Shown: positions 1-10,518 of the stretch, one piece after another
How positions within the stretch are numbered: the stretch's first letter is position 1
Layout: each line of letters opens with the position of its first letter
NCBI GenBank assembly: GCA_047495785.1
Contig: JBLDXI010000029.1
Span: 2,604,001 to 2,668,000, forward strand
Length of the DNA stretch: 64,000 bases
Origin: Lepidodermella squamata
Lineage: Eukaryota > Animalia > Gastrotricha
Reading direction: 5' to 3'
The notes under the pieces: model-generated
Told to the model about the DNA's origin: nothing
Database searches by the model: none
What the model saw: only the letters and a program-made list of their open reading frames with translations
Position numbers and translations under genes: made by a program

Positions 1-2
1 TC

Positions 3-770
3 AGACTCGTTACTCAGCCCACAAAATTACAAAAACTGATAAACAAGCCAAATTTCAAAGATGCCAAAGTTATTGCCGAAGACTTATGCAGTGTAAATAT
101 GGCTAAGACATCTATTAAATTCGATCGCCCGATTATCGTAGGTTTCAGCGTTTTAGAATTGTCGAAGACATTGATGTATGAGTTTCATTACAATGTGATC
201 AAGAAAAAATATGGTGACAGGGCGAAGCTGTTATTCACAGACACAGATTCTTTGTGTTATCATGTCCAAGCTGAGGATATATATAAGGATATAGAAAGTT
301 ATAAAGAGGTGATGGACTTTAGTGACTACCCTAAGGACCATGCATTACATTCAAACGTTAACAAGAAAGTTATTGGTAAGTTCAAAGACGAATGTGCGGG
401 AGGTATAACACTCTCTACTATTACTGAGTTCGTCGGCTTGAGATCGAAATCCTACAGCTTCAAATCTGAAGTAATTTCAACGAGTGGAGAAAATACAGAA
501 CTCCACAAGGAGACATCGGTAAATAAAGCTAAGGGTGTCGTTAAACAATGCGTAAAAAAGCAAATACACTTTGAAAATTATAAAAATTGTGTTTTGAAGC
601 ATGTATTAACAAAAGCTACATTCAATCAAATCCGATCCTTCAATCATAAGCTAGTAACTATGCAAAGTACAAAACTCGCTCTGTGCCCATACGATGACAA
701 ACGATGGGTGTGTGATGATGGTGTAACAACGCTTGCTCATGGTCACTGTAAGTCAAAAAATGTACACTGA
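3..770 (+). CDS. Protein-primed family B DNA polymerase (pPolB), C-terminal part, Maverick/Polinton type; 5' end lies outside the window
   Basis: The frame is open from base 3. It carries the motifs RPIIVGFSVLELSKTLMYEFHY, LLFTDTDSL (motif C), GKFKDE, EFVGLRSKSY, KAKGV and PYDDKR...TLAHGH, typical of Maverick pPolB. No introns. Confidence 0.93.
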   Translation, partial: RLVTQPTKLQKLINKPNFKDAKVIAEDLCSVNMAKTSIKFDRPIIVGFSVLELSKTLMYEFHYNVIKKKYGDRAKLLFTDTDSLCYHVQAEDIYKDIESYKEVMDFSDYPKDHALHSNVNKKVIGKFKDECAGGITLSTITEFVGLRSKSYSFKSEVISTSGENTELHKETSVNKAKGVVKQCVKKQIHFENYKNCVLKHVLTKATFNQIRSFNHKLVTMQSTKLALCPYDDKRWVCDDGVTTLAHGHCKSKNVH

Positions 771-958
771 TAGATCTGCACTGGTAGGTACTGCCTATCA
801 ACCGGTCTATCGACCGGTGGAGCGGTCGACAGACTGTAATGTAATGTGCCCGAGTAATGAAATCTGTATAAATTTCAATGACCTGGAATGAACTCAAGAA
901 TATGATGAAATCCGAGAAGTCGAATATCATACCGCTATTTCATGATTTTTATGCATTT

Positions 959-1207
959 TTCAACGACCTGCGTTGAAGATGAAAATTTTTCCAAATCTCA
1001 CGAGTCATATATCATTCGAAAGCCAGTAAAGTACAGATTAAAAAATTGGGAGTGGAATTTCAAGTTTCGCTGGCATGAACAAAAATTTTGGCACTCAAAA
1101 CCTGACCAAAATGTGCCTTTTCACGAGGTTTGTTTCGAATATTCAACGACCTGTGTTGAAGATGAAAGTTTTTGCAAATCTCATGAGTCATATATCATTC
1201 GAAAGCC
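959..1207. repeat. Two ~66-bp direct repeats (959-1024, 1142-1207), plus a partial third copy near 1362-1384
   Basis: TTCAACGACCTG(C/T)GTTGAAGATGAAA...GAGTCATATATCATTCGAAAGCC recurs at a 183-bp spacing; each copy starts with the hairpin TTCAAC-N7-GTTGAA. Confidence 0.85.
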
Positions 1208-2731
1208 TTACATTTTTAGATTTGTTTAAGTCGAGTGTTTTTTTTTTATTTTCACATCCTTAAAAAATGTATGATAGAAAAAAAACTCAAATTTTAAGAA
1301 TTTTTTCAATTTTTTGATGACTTGAAATAATAACGAAAACGATGAGGTAATACGAATCCCTTGAGTCATATATCTTTAGAAAGCAAGTCATTTGACTAGT
1401 AATACCTTATCGGCCGGTGGGGTTCGATAGAGAATTAGCACGTGGTAGAAAGGTTGGGCACGAACTCGAAGAATTGAACAATTTATGGTTTCAAGCGGGA
1501 CAACGTCCAGCCGACTATTCACCTGATGCGCATTTGAAAGCAGGCAGTAAAGACATACAGCTACTTGAAAATTGGCTGAAGAATAAATCAACCAAAGACT
1601 CTTCTTTAGCACGCTTGCTTCACGAGGACATATTTCCGAAAAAAAAGATTCCAAAAGTTATCGGCTGTAGCTTGAGAGATCCCCTTCTTATTGTTGCAAA
1701 CCAGGCAGGACCTCGAACAAAAATTAAAAAAAAATAATGAAAATGGAATATCATTCATCAAATAGAGAAAATTAGCCAATACTTTTATCTCAATCGAAAG
1801 CTGAGATCACATATATTCTAGTTCAGTCGACCGGACACTGAACCATGAAAAATACAAGTAGACCTAGAACTAGACAAATTGTGAGACAAACATCACACAG
1901 TAAATTACGGTAATAAATTATTTTTCTTCTGCCTTTCGTCTGACTTCTTTGACTGAGTTGACTATTTTCATTAAAACCGCGCCGCTTTTCTGACGATAGA
2001 CACTTGAAACAAGTTGATCTCATCAAAGGTGTTGATACAGCACCCTATTTTCCTAATCTGTCCCGAATTACCCGGAGTCCCACATTACCCGACTTTACAC
2101 TAATTGTGAAACTTTGCTAGCTGAACCTCGCTAGAATTATTGAATTTCCTGCATTAATTAATGTGGAAATTGAGTATCTCAGATGAAGCTTGTGAATAAA
2201 GTCAGTGCACAGATTTATCCAATCAGAGTTTTGCTCCAATTTATCAGTTTTATTCATCAAATTGAAAAAAAATCAAATATCATTATATACTATATAAGCG
2301 AGACGAACCGAGTAAATTGAGCAGTTAGTTATGTGTAGCTGGCCTATAAGACACATTAGATCAGACGATGATAGAATATCAACAGCGCTAAACCGCGCTC
2401 AGATCTGAGGAAGCAACGATTAGAACGAAATTAAAGTTATCAACAGAACCAGTCCACTCGAGTGGACAATGAATAATGGCCTGAAAACAGGCTATATTTT
2501 ATCAAGCGACATTTTTGAGCGAGAATAAACGACACCGGTTATCAGCGACACAGGGAGAGCACATCCACTCGAGAAAAATGATAGGCGTGCAATCACACAA
2601 GATACCGGAAGAGCCGCCTGGCAAATGACAATCACGTGACATTTCGTTCTAAGACAAGCAAGCATTTTTGACAGAAAACAAAAATGATAAGGTCAACGTG
2701 AGTCAAATAAGGGAAAACTAGTTTCAAAAAG

Positions 2732-2924
2732 AGCCAGTCCACTCGAGTGGACGATGAATCATAAAAGCTGAGATGACAATATTTTAGCCAGTCCACTCGA
2801 GTGGACGATGAATCATAAAAGCTGAGATGACAATATTTTAGCCAGTCCACTCGAGTGGACGATGAATCATAAAAGCTGAGATGACAATATTTTAGCCAGT
2901 CCACTCGAGTGGACGATGAATCAT
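2732..2924. repeat. 54-bp tandem repeat (~3.6 copies) with a perfect 16-bp palindrome GTCCACTCGAGTGGAC in each unit
   Basis: Units start at 2732, 2786, 2840 and 2894. An isolated copy of the palindrome lies at 2452-2467. Confidence 0.95.
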
Positions 2925-3071
2925 GAAAAAGTCAGCACACACAAACGAACGAAAAAGGACTTTACTTTTTTCTCAATGCTAATGTTTTCAATGAAACAAT
3001 TCTATATAACCTAAAAACTAGCAAACTTATAACAAGGCTGGATGGTGACGTGGTGATAACAGACATACTGT

Positions 3072-5027
3072 TCATAAAGAATCATAAAATTCGTCGTCTT
3101 TATCAATCAAATCTTGTATTTTTTTACTTAATAAGTTCATGGTTTTAACACCAATGGCACAATTCATAAGTTTGGGCCATTCTTTAAAGTTTGAGTATAA
3201 ATTTGTCATTTCATAACACCATGATCTGCAATAGCCGAAAATTTTAGTGATTTCAAGTTGAGCTTGTTTTGGGCATTTATAAGTTTTTTTAAGTTTAGTA
3301 ATAGCTTCACCGATGTTAAAAGAAATTATTAATTTTTGTGAAGAAACAGTTTGTAAATCGCTTCTGGCCTTTTTAATGAAATTTATGATATCCTCCCTAT
3401 TTTTAACATCATCAGGAAGAGGTATTATCATAGAATCACAATTTTCATTTTCATTCGGTTCACAGTACAACGATCTCAAAGTAGAACTTAATTTTTCGTG
3501 GGTAGAAACATCGTACGAAACGCCACCAATCTATATAATCAAGTTATAACTTTCTCAAAGACGGAAATGATAACTAATACTCACTGAAATTTCATCTAAA
3601 TCACTCTTCGGCTGCTTTTTTGATGAATTGGAACTCGACTCCTGGTCTAGACTCGACTCCTGGTCTAAACTCGACTCCTGGTCTGGACTCGCATAGCCAT
3701 CTTGCACGGATCTTTCAGACGGGTTCTCATCTTCGTCCGAAGAATCGACTGAAGTTTCTGCTTTGCCCAGCTTTTTTGCTTTTTCTAGCATGACAATCGG
3801 AGGAACGTCGATTGTAGAGATGGCTTCTTCGACTAAGTTTGTAATATCTTCGTTCGGTTCAACCTTCCGCAGTTTTTTGATAATTTTCATGACGTCTCTT
3901 ACAGCCTTATTGTAATTGTTGACCTTCTGACGCTGTTTCTTAGGTATAGTTAGCCGTAAGTCGATTTCACAAGCCGTCAATGGTTTGTTTTTCATAGTTA
4001 CGGCTCGTCTTGTTGGTGGCCGCATATTCTTGCTCGCAGCCCTTTCTTTATGGCGACGGGATCCAACGCAAACACGTTCAAGAAATTCCATAAAATATCT
4101 AGGAAACAAAAATACAAGTGAGGTATATAGTAAATATTAATTTGTAATTGAGCTAGCCCATCACCGAAAAATGTAACATAGCAGCATGGTGCTAAGTTCA
4201 GATTCAATAATTAGAAAAGAGTGGAAGAGCGATTTAAAGTTCGATTTTTACGTTTTGGATTCACATCGTCTCCATTGCACGAGAAGATTCAGAAATTTCT
4301 TCGATTTTAACAGAACTTTCCGAAGAGATAATATGTTGAATAAAAGCAGGAGGAGACTTGAGGAGATATTTATCTACAGGACTTTGAAGACTGTTTAAAA
4401 TTTCAACACTTTTCTTTGCGTTTTCCTTCACGTAGTCAGAGGCTTTTGAGCAAAGTTTGTGAAAAGTCATATGATACTTTGCACAGTCGATTGCACGCGT
4501 AGCTAGCATGCTATGAAGATTTAACAGCTGCTTCATGTCTTCGTAGTAGAGGGGGACGACCTCATCTTTATCTTCATCGTTAGTAGATTTCATGTGATCC
4601 ATTACGAGATGAATTACAGTCGTCATGTTCGTGGGATTCTGCATTAGCTGCTCCACAAAAGTACCGATTGCATGATTCTTCAACGGACCAAAATCCTTGA
4701 TAATAAAAAGAGGTAGGAAGATGACAATGATGGTCGTATTTTAAGAGCTGAAGATCTCACCTTAGAAGTGTGCCATCCGTCGCAAATGGTCTTAATTTTA
4801 AATTGAAGACTTTCAATGTCACTTAAAGCCGTTTTCATCTTTTCTTGCACTGCCTTCATTTCTTTGTTGAGGGTTTGTCTGTATTGAGTCGAGATGCCGC
4901 ATCTTTCGAGAAGATTGAGCATTGAATCCTTTTTAGTTTTAATGCTCGATAGGTCAAACGCGGGCGTTCTTTCATCAGAAGTCGTCGGGATTAGGTCTTG
5001 ATGGTGACCTTGGTTGCCGGTAGCCAT
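3072..5027 (-). CDS. Probable 4-exon gene (~555 aa): coiled-coil N-terminus, basic then acidic/Ser-rich linker, helical C-terminal domain; exons 5027-4761, 4695-4265, 4098-3585, 3530-3072
   Basis: Four adjacent ORFs join in frame through GT-AG introns: 4696-4760 (GTGAGA..ATCAAG, phase 0), 4099-4264 (GTGAAT..TCCTAG, phase 2, weakest) and 3531-3584 (GTGAGT..ATATAG, phase 0). Confidence 0.65.
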
Positions 5028-5532
5028 TCAGAATAGAATGAATGTGCTATGTGCTATAAAATTGTATGATCTACAGAAAAATGCAAACTGATTTAGTTTG
5101 ACTGCTGATCGGCGTAATGAAATATAATCTAAAAGAATGGTTTTCAAGAACTCAGCTGGGATGACATCGAAATACGATAATACGCAATACTACACTACTG
5201 ATCCTCATTGTGGATACACTTCATATAGCATGTCGACCAGTATCAATCGATAAGCAGTGAGCGATTGAATGATGAAAGGTAAACATGAACATCGGCTACT
5301 GGAGCAGGTGAGCATTCCACTCACGCCAGACGTTCTAGATTGTTCTGTTCTGTTTTACCGCCTATAAATTGAGTTCAAGTACGAATAAAATGTAACTAAT
5401 AATAATAATAATAAATATATTAAAATGATTGGTAATATTTTATTTTGATTTTAAGAAGTCTTTTCACCGCAGGTTTTTGTTCAACTGAGAGCTGAAAACC
5501 GAGAGGCAGAGGCTTTGTCAGGCCTAAAAAAT

Positions 5533-5569
5533 TCATTTGATATTTGATATTTGATATTTGATATTTGAT
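5533..5569. repeat. (ATATTTG)n heptamer microsatellite, ~5 copies
   Basis: atttgatatttgatatttgatatttgatatttgata. Confidence 0.9.
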
Positions 5570-5852
5570 AATAGACATATCGTCGGTGTAGCAAGATAAA
5601 GTGCCAAGTGGTTTTTTCGAAATTTCGCAGAAATCGAAGCAAACGTGTTTATTCCAAATTGATCCGACATTTTTTCTCTCAATCCTATACACCTAATACA
5701 CATGCTACCTGGCTGTTTTCCTGCTGGCATTTACTACTCCGATAGCCCCACTTATATATTGTTCCACGTTCCTGATTCCAGATTCTGGGCCCCCGCGGGA
5801 ATTCGTCAGATTATGCAATAGCCCCACTTATTCTAGGTTCCACGCTCCTGAT

Positions 5853-5925
5853 GGGGAGCAAGTGGTCGAGCGGTCCAAGCACCTCACTGGCGGCGAAGAG
5901 GCACGGGTTCAATCCCCAGAACCAC
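5853..5925 (+). other. tRNA-derived Pol III promoter cassette (SINE-head-like), homologous to 37555-37625
   Basis: A-box TGGTCGAGCGG and B-box GGTTCAATCCC at tRNA spacing; no intact cloverleaf. Confidence 0.6.
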
Positions 5926-6340
5926 AACACCAAAACAACACTCCACAGTGCGTTAACCACTATGCCAGTGGGCGAGGCCCATTATATGTGCGTTCGTCTC
6001 ATTTTATAGTGTTATTTTAGGGAAGTGTTGTGTGTGATGAGTCATAACTCGCTCATGTATGATTTGCGCATCTAATACTCCCCCCTTACGCCGAAATTTT
6101 GTCCTCATTCGCGGACGCGGAATTGTCATAACTTACCATCCCAGCAATTTCAAACACACTAAATATTTACTCAAAACGTCCTTGAAATGTTTTGCCAATT
6201 TCCATGGTCAGGCTCGAATTGCCAAAAAGGGTGTAAGCCGTCGAGTGGCTCAGCTCCGGCAATTCCTATCTGCTGACGGGATAATACAAGACTATATAAG
6301 TCATCATCGCGGCTCTCCGACACGTCCAACAAACGGAGCA

Positions 6341-6988
6341 ATGCGCGAGTTGGCCGAACGGGCAGTAAGACGAGTGTGGCTGCAGCGCATTCGTGAAATG
6401 GGCGGATGGGTCGACGCGCTGCAGTTAACACCAGACTCGTGGGCGGTGGGGAACCACCCGTTTTGGGCGGCTAGTTACCCCTTGACGCTGAACGACGACA
6501 TCATTCGGTTAGCTGAGAGATACAGGGACACGATCCAAGGCCGATTGATGGCAGCTTTCGATCAAGTACTGGGCGCCGTCAACGCGCCAGAAATACCGAT
6601 AGCAGAAGTGGTCGCCGAAATACCAAACCACGAAGAAGAAAACGAGCTGTCGGATAGCGAGGGCGAAGGATTGATGACGATGGACGAGGAACCTCCCTCA
6701 TATGAAGAAGCAATGAGGGCGATACAGCAAGAGGTCGCAATAAGCCCACGAGGCGACGCCGAGACTACGGAAGACGACGGCGTTATCGTAATGACGCCCG
6801 AATCAGAGGAAGAACACGGCGTAAAAAGAGGGCGGCTCGAAGATCAGCCATCAACCAGCGCAGAAAGGCCAGCGGATGGCTACGACGGCAGCTGCAGTGA
6901 GCGTGCCATTATGCTTAGCTCGGAGTCAAGTTCAGACAGCGAGAACGACGCAGTCGAGCCAAATCAAAAACGCATAAAAAGGGTGTGA
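6341..6988 (+). CDS. Acidic ~215-aa accessory ORF at the 3' end of an LTR retrotransposon
   Basis: Intronless ORF (track 6059..6988). ATG 6341 lies ~45 bp after TATATAAG at ~6293. Carries PPSY, two SIM-like motifs and a C-terminal basic KRIKRV. Directly upstream of a PPT and LTR. Confidence 0.6.
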   Translation: MRELAERAVRRVWLQRIREMGGWVDALQLTPDSWAVGNHPFWAASYPLTLNDDIIRLAERYRDTIQGRLMAAFDQVLGAVNAPEIPIAEVVAEIPNHEEENELSDSEGEGLMTMDEEPPSYEEAMRAIQQEVAISPRGDAETTEDDGVIVMTPESEEEHGVKRGRLEDQPSTSAERPADGYDGSCSERAIMLSSESSSDSENDAVEPNQKRIKRV

Positions 6989-7105
6989 AATATTCCATTT
7001 GTAAGTTTACGATTGCTAGGGCTTTAGGAAGAAATTTTGTTTGTGTGGAACATGATGCGGTGAAAAATCTATTTGAGGACAAATAGGTGAGTGGAGGGGG
7101 AGCTA

Positions 7106-7390
7106 TGTGACCCTGGCGCATGGACAACTAATTGTCTATTCTGAGGGATCATCACCAGGCAGAGCTAAGCAACGGTAACTGTTTATGCCGCGCTACCAGG
7201 AGACGCTAACAACAAACCAATAACAGACCAACAACAATCCAACAACAGAAGCTTCTAGAAGCTCCCAGCCCCCTCATCCGCTGCCTATATAAACTTCCTC
7301 ATTTGTGTGATAAAGGAGTACTCACCGGAGTATATTAATAAAGCACTTGCTTAGCCAATCCAGTCTCTTGTAACCCCGAACCCAGTTACA
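7106..7390 (+). mobile_element. Probable 3' LTR (TG...CA) preceded by a polypurine tract
   Basis: PPT GGTGAGTGGAGGGGGAG at ~7086-7102. Starts TGTGAC and ends GTTACA, with TATATAA near 7287 and AATAAA near 7337. No partner LTR in the window. Confidence 0.65.
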
Positions 7391-8666
7391 ATTGGTATTA
7401 GGATTTTTTTTTACAAAATGCCAAGGCGTGCAATTATTGAATAAAAGTGGTTTGAATCGCTTGCAAATCGAAGCCTTAGCTTATTTTCTCCAATAATTTA
7501 TTGCTAAATTTCAGAAATTCTTTCAAAATTTATTATTTTCTTAGTGGAATAATTTTCACTACAAGTCATTTTTTACAGTTTGTGGGATTGTAATGTTCAC
7601 GTCGGTCTTGACTATGAGCCACAAATCTGTTAAGTCGACGGTTGTTTTGTTTCACAGTGGCATTAGTGCGGTTGCCGCGTTTATTTTTTAATCGACCAAT
7701 AGCGTGCGAGCAATAATTGTAATGGAAAACTAGCCTTTCACGACTTTTTAGTGGCCGGAGGAAACCACCGCGGATCCGTAAATGTGCGTCCGAATAGCCC
7801 CATCTAGTCTTACGCGTCACTTGAGAGGCAAGTATTGAAGCCTTTGTTATTAGATTCATTCTTAGAGCAAATCCCTTCAGTGAAATCATGAGAGAGTCGA
7901 GTGTTTTCAGTTATGTTGCTGGGGGTGATGACAGCACAACGCAGGTTTTCATTTAATAAACATTTCGAGGTCGCTTTATCATTGTTTTCTGGGAGATTTG
8001 CAAAAGACAAATTTTCGATTTGTCGATTTTTCACCGACTTCAACTTGGACTTTTTAAAATCAGATTCATAAGTATAATAAGGAAATGTAACTGAATCCTT
8101 GGTTGAAAATCAGGGTTGTTTACGAAACGAGCAAGCGAAACAACAGCCACAACATCCTGGAAATAAGTAATCCAATTAAACGTGTTGATGGCGATAAGCA
8201 GACAAACTATTACATTTTCACGTTCAAAGGGAAACGAGCCAGCCGATTCCAAGGCTCGGCTGGTCACGCGAGTTCTCGAAAATGTTCGTTTTTCGGCGGG
8301 CGCCACCAATTTGTTCAAATCAGAGCCCGTATTCCGTATACAACGAACGTCGCATGGCAAACAAAAATCACCTCATTACTCTATATAAGTCTTCGCACCA
8401 AAATCAGCCGTCTTTAAAAAAACTCTCATCTGCAAGGTCAAATGTGGTTCCAAAAATGTAAAATTGAGGAAATTGCGAAACTACAAAAAAGTCAGCGTAT
8501 GAATTGGGACAGCAGAAAGAACAAATAGCGCGTTGAAAAGCATGTGTTAACCGAGGGCGGGCGAGGGCAACATTTTTCATTGCAGTTACCAGGTGTTAAC
8601 ATCTAGATCTTGAAAAACCTCAAAATTCTCTTGCTAATAATTTCATTCCGTACCCTTTTTCAGCTA

Positions 8667-10062
8667 CAGTGCTCCCTCGCTAAGTGCACCCTGGCTATGT
8701 TCATTTCCCTCGTTATCTGCAACACTTTTACAGCCCCCTCTAAATTGGTAATTAAATAATTTTTATTAGTGGAAGAAAAAATTATTTACAAAATTAAATT
8801 TATTAAAGTTCAAGAAAATAGCTTCATTAGCAACGCTGGCTGAGCCACAGCTTTTGTAGCAATGAAAAGGCGGTGCAGGTTAAGCTTGGATCGACGCGGG
8901 TAATTTCAACAGCTAATTTTCGAATAATTTTCGCTCTCCAATAAAGAAGATGATCCAGTTGATAAAGGCCGGCCCAATTTAGTGTGAATTAGCTGAAGAC
9001 GAGAAAAGTTTCAGGTGCCTAATTATTAATCAGGCAGCTTTAAGCGACGTGATCTCTCGATCTTTACAGATCAAGATTTTTTATCTCAGATCATTGAGAG
9101 AGCGATTGTGCACGCGTCTGACTTATTCGTGATTTTTTTCATTCACAACCACTATAATCTCATTGATGGAACGGTAGATAGTGGATGATTTAATGACTCG
9201 GCACATTAAAGTGCTTTACGATGCTGTTCAGCGTGAAGATAAATTTACTGATTATTCAGCTTATATTATAATCTTGAATTCGTTTAAACAAAAAGTTCAA
9301 TAGAAAAGCTCGTTGATAGAAGTGTAATTTGAGCTTAACCTAGCTGGCTCATCCCGGTAAAATGTGACTTAAATCAGTTATATGTTTATTGAAAAAAAGT
9401 TCATTATCACAAATCACAAATGCTTAGATTTTTGCTCCTGTTGAAAGAATTGGCCAGCCACAGAATTTTAATACTGCAATTATTCTAGAAATCTGGAAAT
9501 TCGAGCACTCATTCTGCTTTAAATTTTGACATGATAATAACTACCAGCGCGATTTAAAAAATTATTTCGGTATTGATAATCATGATAAAAGCAAACTGAT
9601 TACCATAATTGCTCCAAAAAGGCCAAATGCCATTGATCCGAAACATGATCCAAATGACCCTAGTAGTGTTGTCAGTAGATTCGATTAGATTAGATTCGAT
9701 TAATAGACTCGATTAATCTCGACTCGAAAGATTAACTTTTGCCGATTAATGATCTAGATTAATCTCGGATTGAATCGAATCTATTGACAACACTAGACCC
9801 TAGAGGACCAACGATCATTTTCAATTCATTACTGGCAACAGATGCTTTTAAGAAAAAAAATGCGGATCCTTAAAAAGCTATCTCGGGCTTGGTTTTACAT
9901 ATGGCTAACCACTAAAAACAACGTCTCCTTAGCAACTGAGAAAAAAACGTAGCTACACACTTTTGATTCATCGCTAGCTCTTTAACAGCCCTCTTTAGCT
10001 GCAACCCTAGATAAGTGCACGAACCACAGCTCCGACCCCGTGCACTAATCGAGGGAGCACTG
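8667..10062. mobile_element. Non-autonomous Tc1/mariner-superfamily DNA transposon
   Basis: TIRs CAGTGCTCCCTCG..AGTGCAC / GTGCACT..CGAGGGAGCACTG with a TA target duplication. The paralogous empty site CAGCTA|TTTGTAGC is at ~17363-17376. Confidence 0.9.
9664..9795. mobile_element. 132-bp hAT-type MITE nested in the Tc1/mariner element
   Basis: TIRs TAGTGTTGTCAGTAGATTCGATT / AATCGAATCTATTGACAACACTA; 8-bp TSD GACCCTAG at 9656-9663 and 9796-9803. Confidence 0.9.
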
Positions 10063-10518
10063 TATTTGTAGCTATTTGACCATGTTCACCCATTGTGTGT
10101 TTATTCCTTTGATCGTGGAACAAAGAATTATCTCTCCGTTGAGCACGCATTAAGCACCGGTTTGGTGGAATACTTGATTCCGTTGAGCATTGTTAAGCAT
10201 TTCGTTGAGCGCGATTAAGCACCTCATTCAGCAACGTTGAGCACGTTGAGCGCGAATTGAGCATTCTCATTGAGCACATTGAGCTTCTTCAAGCAGCCAT
10301 CAAGCACTCGTTGGGCACTCGTAAAGCACTCGTTAAGCACCTGTTGAGCACCCCATTGAGCACCCAATGATAATTTACAAACTGGAAATTGTTTTCAGCC
10401 CATCGAAAATTTGATTTTTTTTACCCTATCCACAGCGTCTAAATTTTTGGCTTGGCTTCTCACTCAAAATTCGCAATAAAAAATGCATTTTAATAAAGAT
10501 CAAACTTTATTTTCAAAT

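Larger units (their letters stand above)
1..5400. mobile_element. Maverick/Polinton segment; right boundary uncertain
   Basis: Contains pPolB, AT-rich repeat-laden DNA and a convergent orphan gene. No terminal inverted repeat can be confirmed inside the window. Confidence 0.6.

Noticed and set aside
2732-2924. CRISPR-like array, and the 90-aa repeat ORF 2632..2904
   Set aside because: The sequences between palindromes are identical rather than unique spacers, the context is eukaryotic with no cas genes, and the ORF is just the tandem repeat translated.
5390-5420. Maverick terminus at the (AAT)n tract
   Set aside because: No partner TIR or 6-bp TSD is visible in the window, so it cannot be supported.
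7400-8540. Short ORFs here and at 21060-21920 and 25200-26430 as genes
   Set aside because: No recognisable motifs or consistent splice structure; probably decayed transposon DNA that I could not classify.
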